This document shows, one piece after another, positions 38,472 through 51,374 of a DNA stretch of 64,000 nt (positions are counted from its first letter, which is position 1; the number at the start of each line of letters is the position of its first letter). The stretch lies in the NCBI RefSeq assembly GCF_001194135.2, contig NC_068986.1, positions 81,706,996 to 81,770,995 on the forward strand, read 5' to 3'. Origin of the DNA: Octopus bimaculoides. Taxonomy: Eukaryota. The notes under the pieces were generated by a model. The model worked only from the letters and a program-made list of their open reading frames with translations, made no database searches and was not told where the DNA came from. The translations under genes and the position numbers were made by a program.

Positions 38472-39790
38472 TGCATGCGCGCGCGTGTGTGTTTTAAAAT
38501 GAATATGAAACAATAAGATAACCATCAATGTTGACTTTTATCGAGTTGCATTTCCTTCATTTCTTGAAACTGTCACCTTACAACAGCTAAACTTCACCGT
38601 AATCTTCACTTTTCCAGTTTCACATTTGATTTTGGTAAGATGCCAGTGGTGGTGAAATAGTTGTCACTACAATTGTCCAACATTTATTTTATTTGACTCA
38701 GTAATTAGTGAAATTTCTCTTTGATTTTATCAATAGAAATCTTATTTGTCACGATTTTAGTAATTTTCTTCAATGTTATCACTTAAGAATTTTTTTTCAT
38801 TTGTGAATTTTGACACTATGTTTGAAGCTGCATACTAAATTCTGATAAAACATCAATGATTATTTGTTGAACTATTATTGCTTCTTGTGCACTTCAAATT
38901 TCTATCCTTTGCATTTGGAGTAAAGAATATACAGATTTGGATAAATTGCTTTTTGGTATTTAATTCTGGCTTGTCACACTCTGAGTTCAAATTCTGCCAT
39001 GACTAACTTCATTTTCCATCTTTCTGAGACCAGTAAAACCAAAGTATTATAGTTGATTTATATTCTTGTAACAAATGAAGTTATAATAGAAGATTAAGTC
39101 TAGTCTAGAGTACATTCAAATACTCAATTTTCTCCTTTTTTTTATGGTTGGTCATATTGGCAAATTATACAGAAATGGTAATGTCAATTTTTTTTTTTTT
39201 AATGCTATTCTTGGTGTCTTAGCTATCTAATAAGAGCAATCTTGTTAAAAAGTTATTTCATACAACATTGTAATAAAGAAAAGCCATCTCTTTCAGTAGA
39301 GACCTAGTCTGTTGTTGACAATGAAATCTGTGTTGTGGCATATTAATACCACATCACATATATTAGCAATGATGTCTTGTATCTGTATCAATACTCGTTA
39401 ACCTATTCATTAGTATGGCTACAATGCAATATTGGAATCTAGGAAGTAGACTGTCATAAGGTTTTGTTACATTACTTTCCTAATTTCTTTCTCATTCTGG
39501 ACTGATTTATTTTACTTCTCCATTGATTCAGTGTGTGGTGTGTGTGTGAATATATAATTTCCTCTAGTTGATATTCAATTTCCTCAACAACCTTTTGTTT
39601 GGTGTCAAAGGGATTCATAAGAGAAAAACAAAATAGAACTCTGATGTATATTCATGTATGTGGATTTGTACATCTTACGTATAATGATGATTACATTCAT
39701 ATGTGGTTAAAAAAGCTTCCCTTTCTATCTCCCTAGGTTAAAGCACATACCATTTCTAACTGCAACCACAGTATAATGAACTGACTAACC

Positions 39791-40340
39791 CAGGTGTGGG
39801 CAACCCCTGGCTTGCATGCCAAACATGGCACACCAATAACTTGTTTCTGGCATGCAAAACTTTCTGTCTAGTAACCCTCCATTTAACGACTTTCTCTCAA
39901 TAATATATAGCAACTTTTTATTGCTCAAATACATTTTACGTTACAAATTAAGCCTACCTTTATCTAATGATCTCCTCCCAGACCCAACCAGTGTTTTGGT
40001 TTCAGCCTCTGCAACTGGTATCCATTGACAAGACTTGAATGACTTGAATGTTAAATTACAGGGCTCTGGTAAGACATTTGATGTTATGTTTGGTTACATA
40101 AAGGCTTTTGAAATGAAATTAGAAGTTTTTAAGAGGGATGTGGACAATGAGAGATTTAGATACTTCCCAAACCTAAAGAGGTGCGTCAATGATCTCTCAA
40201 AAGATGACAGAACAGAGTGCCAATGTCTTCAAAAGTTGTTTGTAAACGCTATCGAGTCAACTGTTGAGCAGTTTTTTTTACAAGGTTTGCTAAATTCAGG
40301 AAAATGGAAGCAACAACAAAATTCATGAAGTTTCCAGCTA
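39791..40340 (+). mobile_element. hAT (Charlie/SPIN/Buster-like) deletion derivative: terminus plus transposase C-terminal fragment
   Basis: Terminus caggtgtgggcaac; LNDLNVKLQG...IKAFEMKLEVF...FRYFPNL and RFAKFR are typical of GTF2IRD2/ZBED5-type hAT transposases. Confidence 0.75.
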
Positions 40341-41522
40341 TTATCAAACTGGACTGGACTGGTACTTTATTTATTGATCCTGCAAAGGTGAAAGACAAAA
40401 TTGACTTCAGCAGGATTTGAACTTGGGTGCAGAAAATTGGAATGAATGCCACAAAGCATTCTACCTGGTGTTCTAATGACTGTACTAATTAGTCTCATGC
40501 CCAAATACATACCAATCTCATATGTACAAACAGATGAGGGGATCGTGGGTTTGATTATTTCATATTTGCTGTCCATGGCTGGATGGTTTGAGTGTATCCA
40601 ACAAGCTGGAGGATAGTGTTTCAGTTTTGGCATAGTTCCTATCGCTGGATGCCCCTCCTTATGCTAACCATTTCACAGAATGTCCTGGACACTTATTAGG
40701 GATGCCAACTGTGGTCATTTCTACTAATAAGTTTTCTTTTTCCAGTTGTAAAAACACCTGGAAGTAGAAACAGTCATAGTATAATGTCTCAAAATATAAA
40801 ATTCTACTTTTCTATTACACATTGAGTACTAAATTTGAAAGAAGTCTACTTTGGATGTTTTCTTCAAAAAAAACCCACTATATGTAATATGTGTGTGTCA
40901 TTTGCTAATTTATTTACATGTCTATCTTTCTATGTTAACTTGGGTTACATGAATATATTATTGAGGCATTGTTTATAGCTCTTCCTTATACATTTTCAAT
41001 TAAATGTATATTTATTCCGCTTGTTTTTCAAATGTAAAGCCAGCAGGTGACTTGACAGGAGAAATGACTTAGTGGTATTTTTTCTCTTATGTTTAAGAAG
41101 CACAAATATAAACAAATTCACCTAAACTTCACACATGCATATGTATACACACATGCATATGTATATACACATGCATGAAACAGGCTTCTTTTAATTTCCA
41201 TTTACCAAATTCACTCACAAGGCTTTGGTTGGCCTGAAACTGTAGTAGTAGATATTTGCTAAAGGTGCTACGCAGTGGGGCTGAACCAAAAACCCTACAG
41301 TTGAGTAGTGAACTTCTTAACTATACAGCCATAAGGAGCCGATAATGGTGACATGGGATATCTCAAGCTATAGCACAGGTGATACAGCTAAGATGAGAGT
41401 AACTGCAAATAAAAACTGGTACAGAGTAGATAGGACATTTGGGAGTTCTGATGCAGGCAACCTCTCAAATGACACAAGCATGACCATGTATAACCATACT
41501 GTGAAATGGTCGATTATATTAA

Positions 41523-42785
41523 CCTTTTAGCATTTAAACCAGCCATATCCAGCCCAAATATTCTACCTGTTTTATGTTCAAACTGACCAGATCTTGCCTT
41601 TCACACTTACCCTACAATGTCATTCTAAAATAAATAAGAGCACTCAGAGAGCACAAACCTCTGTCAAGGCAACACCAACATTCTCTCAACGATTAGCTGG
41701 AGATGATTTTTAAAATGAGAATATCTGAAATAAAATCAACTGCTTTCACAAAGAGAATACTAAAAATTAACCCGACTGCTCTCAAAAGTTAAGTAAAAAA
41801 ACAGAATAATAATCCAAAATCCTTGTCTAGCACCTAATCAATCCCAATGTAGTCATGGAATGTAAAGGTGGGTATGTGGGCTGTGTTTGTAATGTGTGTG
41901 TCATCTGCAGTGGGAACAGAGACAGTTTTCTCTATAAAGGCCTTTTTTTTTAGTCTATCTACTGATATAGTGTCTTTATGGCCATTAAAGTCTATAGTGA
42001 AAAATTTATGCATGCATGAAAGAAAACAGAAAGGATCTGCATATAGTGCTGTTAACAGAGGTTTAACACCATTGCACACAAAAACATGAGTCCAAGTAGT
42101 AAAGCTTCCTTCAAAGCAAAGCTAGAAATGCAATTGTCAAGTAGGTAAGAGGTTTTAAACAGAAGCAATATATTCACAATTGGTAAAACTAAAAATTGTT
42201 GAGGATAGATTAAATTTATCATTGTTACTGAATGTTAGTGTTATTTAATTTCTGAATGGTCTTGCTTCAATTTGTTTATGTAGTTTGATTTCTTTATCCA
42301 TCAGTTTCTACTAAGATAGAGACATGAGTAAAATTAATAATAGAGAAGCAAAAATAAAATTTTGGAGGCAACAACACCGTTATAACTTACATGGAAACCA
42401 TGAGTGTGTTTTCAAGGGAGATAATCAGAGAAAGACTTGGAAGTGAATGTAAGATCGTAATACTTCATGTAAAGTAAATATAATAAATAGAATCCTTGTC
42501 TGGTACTGGATCAATCCCAAAGTTTAATCAGTTCATGCCAGTTACGAGGCCAAACATCCCTGAAAGTTTCATCCAAATCCATCCAGCAGTTCTTGAGGTA
42601 TCTTGTCCACGGACAAACAAACAAGCAAACAAACAAACATGACTGAAAACAATACCCCCGCCTTAGTGAAGGGGGAAGTAATAACCACATCATTGAAATC
42701 ACAAAGCTATGAGATAATGTATGATTAATTTAAAATAATGCAAATAATAAGCATTATTGTTGACAGAGTAATTTGAATGCTAAAG
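41523..42785 (+). mobile_element. piggyBac-type MITE split into 41523-41635 and 42681-42785 by a nested insertion
   Basis: Left half ttaa-ccttttagcatttaaacc...cattctaaaataaat and right half aaccacatcattgaaatc...aatgctaaag join into the consensus seen at 15783-15998. Confidence 0.8.
41636..42680 (-). mobile_element. Helentron-associated (HINE-like) element carrying a Gypsy integrase fragment
   Basis: Minus 5' end ttacttcccccttcactaaggcgggggtattg + (GTTT)n; 3' end ccttgacagaggtttgtgctctctgagtgctctt (subterminal IR plus hairpin); internal THVFVCNGVKPLLTALYADPF...FTIDFNGHKDTISVDRLK at ~41920-42110. Confidence 0.6.
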
Positions 42786-43229
42786 ACATCCCACTGTATG
42801 AACCAAGCCAAAAATAGTTTTATGTTTCAAAATGATAAAGGACATAGATAACCCATGCAAGTACAGAAAAGGGAAGTAAAAATGATGATAATAATGATGT
42901 ATCTAGAATAATGTAGAAATACATGTGGTGGGTGATGATGTGGGTGGTGGACATCATATGCTGTAATCTGAAAAGTGGAACCTATCTCTCTATATTGATT
43001 GTATACATGCTTCTTTGAAGGGCTTTGTGAAATGTTGCTGTCTCTTGTACAGTGGTGTGTGTATATCTCTGTGTAGTGGTATATATATCATAACAACTAA
43101 TTTTTGTGAAAGCAATATTGTTGGCTTCTACCTTTAAATAGTAATCGAAGGTAGAATCTTTATTTTGAGAAATAAATAAATGAATTTAAAAATAAAAAAA
43201 CTGAAACCTTCAAAATGTTTCTAAAAATA

Positions 43230-43318
43230 TCTTTTTCTTCTCTTTGCAGGTAAGTAGCTGTACACTTTGACTGATTATAGGCACATTTCTGCAAGTATAG
43301 ACTGCACTCCAGGTAGGA
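43230..43318 (+). promoter_or_regulatory. Candidate recursive splice site (3'SS and 5'SS juxtaposed) with 63-nt cryptic exon
   Basis: 16 pyrimidines (43230-43245) + GCAG|GTAAGT; downstream CAG|GTAGGA at 43313. Confidence 0.5.
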
Positions 43319-43566
43319 ATTTATCTGCAATATTATCATTTGTCTGAAGCAGAGTTCTTTAATAGATTATCAGCAGCTATCATTTTTAAGTGGTAGCATT
43401 TTATTACAGAACTATTTTGGTGAAGACTAAAAATTGTGTAATGGAGAAATCTCAAGGTCAACCACCCAGCACCATAGCTGTTAGCAGTATGAAATATGCA
43501 GAGGGTCAGTGGCAACTTGGTGCTTGGTTGTGCATGTATGTACATACATGCATATCTATCTGTCTG

Positions 43567-43609
<43 letters not shown>

Positions 43610-43639
43610 GTTTATCTATCTATCTAAAATATTCATCAT

Positions 43640-44450
43640 TCCTTTAATGTCCATTTTTCATGCTGGCATGGGTTGGACAGCTTGACCAGAGCTGGCAAAC
43701 TGGAGAGCTACACCAGTCTGATTTGACTTGGTTTCTACAGCTGGATGCTCTTCTTAATATTAACCACTTTGAAGTGTTTGTGTATATAACATGCATGCAT
43801 ACATACAGGTAGACACACAAATACCATATATACACACACACACACACATACTAAAATACTCAGTCAAGAAAATGTAGCTCGTGTGTGGATACATGATAAT
43901 GTATAACCAATACCATAAAAATTTTGTCATGTGCTTATGTTTCTCTAGCATAAGCTATAATCCCAATTCTAAAATCTAACATTTGAACTTGTTGCATTTG
44001 CTCTTTTATGACATCATTCATGTATCACCTATGAATATGGTTATTACATAAGTTAAGGCAACTTGAAATAGCTTTTGAGATAAGACATTACATAATTTTC
44101 TATAACTTTTATCCTGTACTTGATTCAGTCATTAGACTGCAAGCATGCTGGAGCACTACTTTGAACATTTTAGTCAAACAAATCAATTGTAGACACCAGT
44201 ATCTGCTATGACTACCAAGTAGAATCATAGTTGTGGCAGATACTGGTGTCATGCAAATGGCACCTGTGCCAGTGGAACATAAAAGCACCCATTACACTCT
44301 CAGAGTGGTTGGTGTTAGGAAGGGCATCCAGCTGTAGAAACCATGGCAAATCAGACTGGAGTCTGGTGCAGCTTGCTCAACCCTGGTCAAACCGTTCAAC
44401 CCATGCCAGCATGGACAACAGATGTTAAATGATGATGATGATGATGATGA
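43640..44450. mobile_element. Oppositely oriented RTE-tail fragments (43640-43775 -, 44235-44450 +) with a SINE A tail between
   Basis: catgctggcatgggttggacag... versus ...caacccatgccagcatgg(gat)n. Confidence 0.75.
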
Positions 44451-44539
44451 GCCTGGTACTTATTCTATGAGTCTCTGTGGAACTGCTAAGTTCCAGAGAT
44501 GTAAATACACCAACACTAGTTGTCAGTCAGTAGTAAGGG

Positions 44540-44593
<54 letters not shown>

Positions 44594-44720
44594 TGGACTT
44601 CTTTCAGTTTCTGTCTACCAAATCCTCTCACAGACCTTTGTTTGGCTTGAGTCTAATGTAAAGGGCACTAAGACACTTGCCTGAAATGCCATGTAGTGGG
44701 ACTGAACCCAGAACTATCGT
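44450..44720 (-). mobile_element. SINE family A copy
   Basis: Reverse complement of family A body and head (ttctttcagtttc, gggactgaaccc). Confidence 0.75.
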
Positions 44721-46179
44721 GTAAGTATGTGCCTCAAGCCTAACTGCATTCGTCTACATTACTACTTCTGAAAGAGCTTGATTTGGATTGCCACTTTCAA
44801 TGCCGTTGGCCTGGCCCTGGATGAAGTTATATATCTATTTGTATATCTATCTATCTGTCTATCTACACACACACACACACACACACAGTTGAGCATAATG
44901 AGTAGCTGTATTTAATGTTAATGGCTTGACAGTAATAGAAGAGTGCTATTTCTATCTATCACCACTTCAAACTCACTGCAACTCTTTGTATTCTCCTTCC
45001 AATGAAAGCATGTTTATACTGATCAGCAATGAAAGCAAAACAACATTAGAAAAGTTGAGCTCTATTCAATGATTTTTGTTTTTCTTTGAAGTGAATCTCA
45101 CCAACCTTTCATCCTCCCACCTAGTTGCTTCCTCATGGATTTTTCTCACTTTCTCTTTATATATATATATAATGTATATAGTGAACTGTATCCTGCAGGG
45201 AAACAGTTTTATGTATACACTCACAACTTGTCCTCTGTTAGATTATTCTGATGAGATTTTTATTTTGCTTACTACTACTTTAAATCTATTGTTTTAGTCC
45301 TGGGTAACACTTGGTCTATGATCAAAAGTGTTCCTGTCATGACCGTTTTTTTCCCCCCGTTGTTTGTATATAGTGTATCTAGGACTAAAAGGACTACAGT
45401 GTATCTAGTTTTCTTCATTTTGTAAAACAGTATAGCATGATTTAAGAAATGCTTGGTTGCTATTTCTTGTAAGATGACTAATCACATAAATCCCTTTATT
45501 GATTTGTTAAATAGTTATTAGAATATGTGGTCTCTACTCTTTGGACCATATTGACCATCATCGCAAGATGGCTCAAAATCGCTATTTGACTCCTTTTACT
45601 GTCCTTTTCCTCAAGAATCTCTTTCTGAATTTTTCTAAAAGCTCAATCTGTTTCCCTTGTAGAAAATATTCCTAACACCACCAATCTCTGTTTCATTAGA
45701 CTCTTGCAGTCCAAAATCAGTATATTCACAGGCTTAGTATTATAGCCTACTAAAGACAACACTTTGTTTTGTTTGTAGATATTTTATACATTCTGCAGTT
45801 AAGGGGTAGATATTACAGTGGTAAACTATCTAGTTATTCCTGTAAATGATTAAATTTTCAGAGTAGTTACCCCACTCTGTATATATATAAAGAGTGAGAA
45901 AAGCTGTTAACATTTCCGTGATAAATGGTTTAACTTTTTGTCATGTCTAAATATATGAATTCTGTTGACAATAAAACGACTTTCCAACTGTGCAGTTTTC
46001 TGTAAATAAAAGCCACAAGTATTTCTATGTATTCAGACCTAAGACAGTGGTTTTTTGTGTTGATTTGTAAAATATTGTATTGAATCTCAGCTGTGAGAAA
46101 TTGCACCACTCCCATACAACTGGTCCACATAGCTCTTTAAATGGAATTGTTGATCATGAATAATAATGATGATAATAGT

Positions 46180-46400
46180 TTCAAATTTTGCCACAAGGAT
46201 AGCAATTTGGTGGGGAGGAGATGAGTCAATTACATAGACCTCAGTGTTCATCTGGTATTTATTTTATCGACCCCAAAAGGATGAAAGACCAAGTCAGCCT
46301 CAGCGGAATTTGAACTCAAAACCTTGTGATGAGCAAAATACCACTAAGCATTTCATCTAGCACACTAACAATTCTGCCAGCTCGCCACCTTAATAATAAT
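46180..46400 (-). mobile_element. SINE family B copy
   Basis: cgaccccaaaaggatgaaag...cggaatttgaactc...aattctgccagctcgccacct. Confidence 0.8.
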
Positions 46401-47435
46401 CATAATGAAGATGCAGTATGGTTAAAGAAAGTGAAGGGAAAAGTAGTGAGTGAAGCAGGCAGATCTAAGATTAACTTGTGCATTCATGAGCGAAGTGTTA
46501 GGGAAAATGCCGAATTAGAAGGGCCCAGGACCAGATTTAGTTCAAGGGTACCGACTAAAGAAATTTAGCAGTTTACATGAGAGGCTGAGAGAACATCTTC
46601 AAGATTGCCTTAATGGAGGAATAATACCAGATTGGATGACTAGAGGGAGGACAATACTCATCATGAAAAATCAGAGCAAGGGTAATACAGCTATCAACTA
46701 TAGACCAATCACTTGCTTACCATTAGTGTGGAAGCCCTTAACAGGAATACTTTCAGAAAGCATTTACAAGCACCTTGACAACCAGAATTTACTTCCAGAT
46801 GAACAGAAAGGTTGCAGGAAGAAGGCGGGAGGAACATATGATCTGTTATATGTAGACAAAGCAGTTCTAAATGAAGTAAAAGCTCGAAAGAAAAATCTAA
46901 CAATAGCATGGATAGATTATAGAAAAGCCTATGACATGATCCCATACCCATGGATAAGTGAATGTTTGAGTACATTCATTATAGCAGATACCATAAAAGA
47001 ATTAATTAGCTGTAGCATTAAGAAATGGAAAATAGATCTCTACTCAGGTGACACACTGTTGGGGAAATTTAATACCAAAACAGGAATTTTCCAGGGGTTC
47101 TTGTCTTATGTTTGATCCCCCTCAGTATAGTATTAAGGAAGGCAAAGGCAGGGTATCAGTTCAGAAATAGTTAGGGAAAAATTAACCATTTGCTCTACAT
47201 GGATGCCCTGAAGTTTTTTTTTTAGCAAGAATGAAAGAAGAGATAGATTCCTTAATACAGACTGTAAGACTCTTCAGCAAAGATACAGGCATGGAATTTG
47301 GCATAGATAAGTGTGCAATATCAATCATGAGAAAGGGACAGGTAGTCAACAGTGAAGGCATCCAATCATCAGATGGCCAGACAACAAAATCATTGAAAGG
47401 AGGAGAGAGTTATAAGTATCTAGGAGTATTAGGTG
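46400..47435 (+). mobile_element. R4/Dong-clade LINE reverse transcriptase fragment with stops and frameshifts
   Basis: KMPN*KGPGPDLVQGY, NYRPITCL, EQKGC, WIDYRKAYD, GIFQG, NHLLYMDALK, FGIDKCA, YKYLG. Confidence 0.9.
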
Positions 47436-47629
47436 GTGGCAGTGGCTGTGAATAAACATACCTTTTTTGCAACAACAAATTAAACACATGATAAAAATTA
47501 AGGAAATAAACACTTGGCAGTATATACAAACTGCACCATTATGAAAACTGTAAACCACAGCAAAACCTATGAAAAGAAAAGGAAAATTCAGTGTAATCTG
47601 TTGAGTGTATATGAAAAAAATGATGATGA

Positions 47630-48050
47630 TGATGATGATCCTTTCTACTAAAGGTACAAGGCCAGAAATTTTGGAGGAGGGAACTAGTCGGTTACATAGC
47701 CCCCCCCCCAGTGTTTCACTGGTACTTAATTCATCAACTCTGAAAGGATGCAAGGTAATGTTTACCTCAGTGGAATTTGAACTTAGAATGTAAAGACGGA
47801 CTAAATGCTGCTAAATATTTTGCCTCACATGCTAATGATTCTACCAGCTCATCACCTTATTAATTATGATAATAATCCTTTCTACAACAGACACAAAGCC
47901 TGAAATTTGTGGGAGAGGGGACTAGTCAATTACATTGAAAGGATGAAAGATAAAGTCATCTTTGGTGGAATTTGAACTCACAACATAGTGACAGGTGAAA
48001 TACCGCTAAGCATTTTGCCTGGCATGCTTACGATTCTGTCAGCTTGCCAC
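47630..48050 (-). mobile_element. Two tandem SINE family B copies
   Basis: Each shows aaggatg(c/a)aag...tggaatttgaact...tgctaa/tgcttacgattct...agct. Confidence 0.75.
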
Positions 48051-49004
48051 TTTGTTAATAGTAATAAAAATAATACTAACATGCTCTTGATCAACTAGGA
48101 TGGTTTACTTGTTTTGTTGGCTGATGACCACCTCATCATTTTAAACTAAATTATCCAAATGATCTTTTCTTTATTTAAGATGGCTGAGACACATTTGAAG
48201 GAGATTTAGCTGTTATTTCTAGAAGGTTGGGTGATTTGATAGAGGCTCCCTCAGATCTAGTGCTATTTTGCATGTGTGTGTGTAATTTATTTGTGGGTTA
48301 ACAAGGCTACCATTGGTTCCATGCTGAGAATTCTCAGCAATTATCAAGCCTGTCACATGGTGCACTGGTACTTGTCTCCATCTCAGCATCACTCAAGATC
48401 AAGATGAGTACCAACATTTGTAACCTTGTTGATCCACAAATAAAGAATATTTATCTAACAACAGTGTTGAGCACTCACCTCACTGTTCGATATTAACACA
48501 TGCACATATACATACACAGTTGTAACCCAACCATCCACTATATCTCTCAAATGTTTAGATTTGCTAACCCATCTCTTCTACCTTAATAATTTAAACCAGA
48601 GATAGTTGTTGAAAAGGAAATTTTTCAGTTTCAAATAATGTGGGTTTTAAATCTAGATGTCCAATATTTTGTAAAAGTAGTTACGGTTTATTTTTTTGCC
48701 AGCTATAGTTATATTTTTTAATCCCCCCCCCAAAAAAAAATATTAAAATGGTGTGAAATAAAAGAAAACAGTTATTTCTTTGTTTGCTTCAAACCATACA
48801 TACTCCATCACAACAGTTTTATAGCATTGTCTCATTGATTAGGGGCTTATGTTTTCTAGGAATTTCATTGTTGAACACAATATCATTGATAACAATACTT
48901 CAGCAATTGTTTAGATCAAGCTTTCTTAAATATTTCCTGTTTTAATGAACATATTGCAAGTGATTGATGCTGGTTGTGATGTTAAAGATGATAGCAGAAA
49001 CTGT

Positions 49005-49220
49005 AGGCGGAGCTGGCAGAATCATTAGCATGCCGGGCGAAGTGCTTAGCAGTATTTTGTCTGCCGTTACGTTCTGAGTTCAAATTCCGTGGAAGTTGAC
49101 TTTGCCTTTCATCCTTTCGGAGTCGATAAATTAAGTACCAGTTACACACTGGGGTCGATGTAATCAACTTAACCCCTTTGTCTGTCTTTGTTTATCCCCT
49201 CTATGTTTAGCCCCTTGTGC
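49005..49220 (+). mobile_element. tRNA-derived SINE family B, well-preserved copy
   Basis: aggcggagctggcagaatcattagc (A box), gagttcaaattcc (B box), actttgcctttcatcctttcggagtcgataaattaagtacc. Confidence 0.85.
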
Positions 49221-49549
49221 AGAGATATTCAAGGGAGGTTTGGAGCCACCTCAGATGCTGAAAACAGTTACTGAGAGTAAATGATGGCCAGATACTGTAC
49301 CTTTGCCACTGACAGTCCTTCATTTGTTTCTGACCTGTAGCCTTTGCCTATTGGCAGACTTTACTTTTGCACTCATTATTCTTATAATTTTGGTTGGCAC
49401 TCTTTCAGCTGCTTGATCTGACCATTTGTCTTCATTATACTAGTCTTGGTGGGGATTTTTTCCGTTTTTTTTGTTCTTGTTTTGCATAATGTATTTTTAA
49501 CATTACAATGGCAGTGTTGGCATTTTTTATAGTATAGCTAGCCTATGGT

Positions 49550-49680
49550 AACACTTTAACCAGCACCAATATCACCACAGACTCTACTACAGCCAACACC
49601 AATATTACCACACAATACACTATAACCAACACCAGTACCACCACAGACAACAGTATAATCAGCACCAATACTACCCTATT
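49550..49680. repeat. Degenerate ~33-bp tandem repeat (caccaatatcaccacagac...)
   Basis: About four periodic units. Confidence 0.6.
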
Positions 49681-50611
49681 CTAATTATAATTCTAGTAAT
49701 TATAGAATGTGATGGATATTGTATTAATATATCAAATAGTCCAATATAGAATTATCACAAACCGTTGTATAACAAATTTCAAAGATTTCTGCTTTGTCTC
49801 ATTCTATAGAAACGTTTAGAATCAAAACTTTACGAGAAATACACAAATATTTCTTCCAAATTTTCTTTGCAGATTATTCATAAATATATCTTTTATTTCT
49901 GAAATACAGCATTTTGTGTCTATGTATATAAATGAGTTTAGTTATTAAAACATTTCACATTCAGCTCTGAACATAATAAAGATTAATTAGGAAGATATTT
50001 TATAAAACATAATGTCTTACCTAAACAATCTTTGTAGTTCTGGAGACAGTCTCCATTTGAAGAGAGAATTTGAATATATTAGGAAGTGATGAATATTTAA
50101 ACAATGCTGGTTTAATGACATTCTTGGTCATATAATACCTGCCCTTATTGAAATAGTGTTCCTACATTGTCAGTGCCACAACTGAGATGATACCCCTCAT
50201 TCACTGCCCACCTGTTCACACTCCTCTCCATATTGTTAATGCTACTGCTCATTTTGCTGTAAATATATATTTATTCTGACTAATGGGTCTGCTTCCAATA
50301 CTCACTTTTGATTTTGGTTTTGTTGTTGTCAGATAGGTATGTATTAGTTAAAAAATAACTTTATTAGAAAAATAACCTCCTCCTTCAGAGATGCTTAACC
50401 AGCTCCCCTGAGTCAAACTATCAGTATACAAAGTTACTAAGTACACAGCTACACCTTCTGGTGCTCTCTACTTCTTAGTAACTACACCCTCAATATTGCC
50501 TCAGGAAGAGAAAAATAAGCCAACGCTGTATCATAACCAGTTCTTGTGGGCATGCTTCCAGCACATTACAGGGAAATTTGGATACGTCTTTATATATACA
50601 TATTCTTTTAC

Positions 50612-50803
50612 CCTGTTACTTGTTTCAGTCATTTGACTACAGCCAAGGTGGAGCACCACTTTTAGTCGAACAAATCGTCCCCAAGGCTTATTCTTTGTAA
50701 GCCTAGTACTTATTCTATCAGTCTCTTTTGTCGAACCACTAAGTCATGGGGACGTAAACACATTGGTTGTCAAGCAGTGGTGGGGAGGACAAACAGACAG
50801 ATA

Positions 50804-50851
<48 letters not shown>

Positions 50852-51030
50852 ACGGCCTTCTTTCAGTTTCCGTCTACTAAATCTACTGACGAGGCTTTTG
50901 TCGGCCTGAGGCTATAGCAGAAGACACTTGCCCAAGGTGCCACACAGTGGGACTGAACCCAGAACAATGTGGTTGGGAAGCAAGCTTCTTACCACATAGC
51001 CACTCCTGCACCTGTGCACACAGCCACTCC
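50612..51030 (-). mobile_element. SINE family A, full-length copy
   Basis: Reverse complement of 5588-6000 including the CA microsatellite. Confidence 0.85.
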
Positions 51031-51341
51031 TGTGTCTATCCATACAGCCACTTCTGTATGTATGTATATACATATGATATATATATAATATATAACATTT
51101 AATATATAATGTGTATAATAAATATATAATCTATATGATAAATATATAATGTGTATGATAAATATATAATGTATATGATAAATATATAATATCTATAATA
51201 AATATCATCATCGTCATTTAATGTCCGCTCTCCATGCTGGCATGGGTTGGACAGTTTGGTAGAGAGCTGTCCAGACTCTGTTTGTTGTGGTATGGTTTCT
51301 AGGGCTGGATGCCATTCCTAATGCCATATATATAAATATAC

Positions 51342-51374
<33 letters not shown>

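Noticed and set aside
50015-50140. Minus-strand AG|GTAAGA junction with a 40-codon frame
   Set aside because: Poor pyrimidine tract, and the frame ends in a stop at the junction; consistent with chance.
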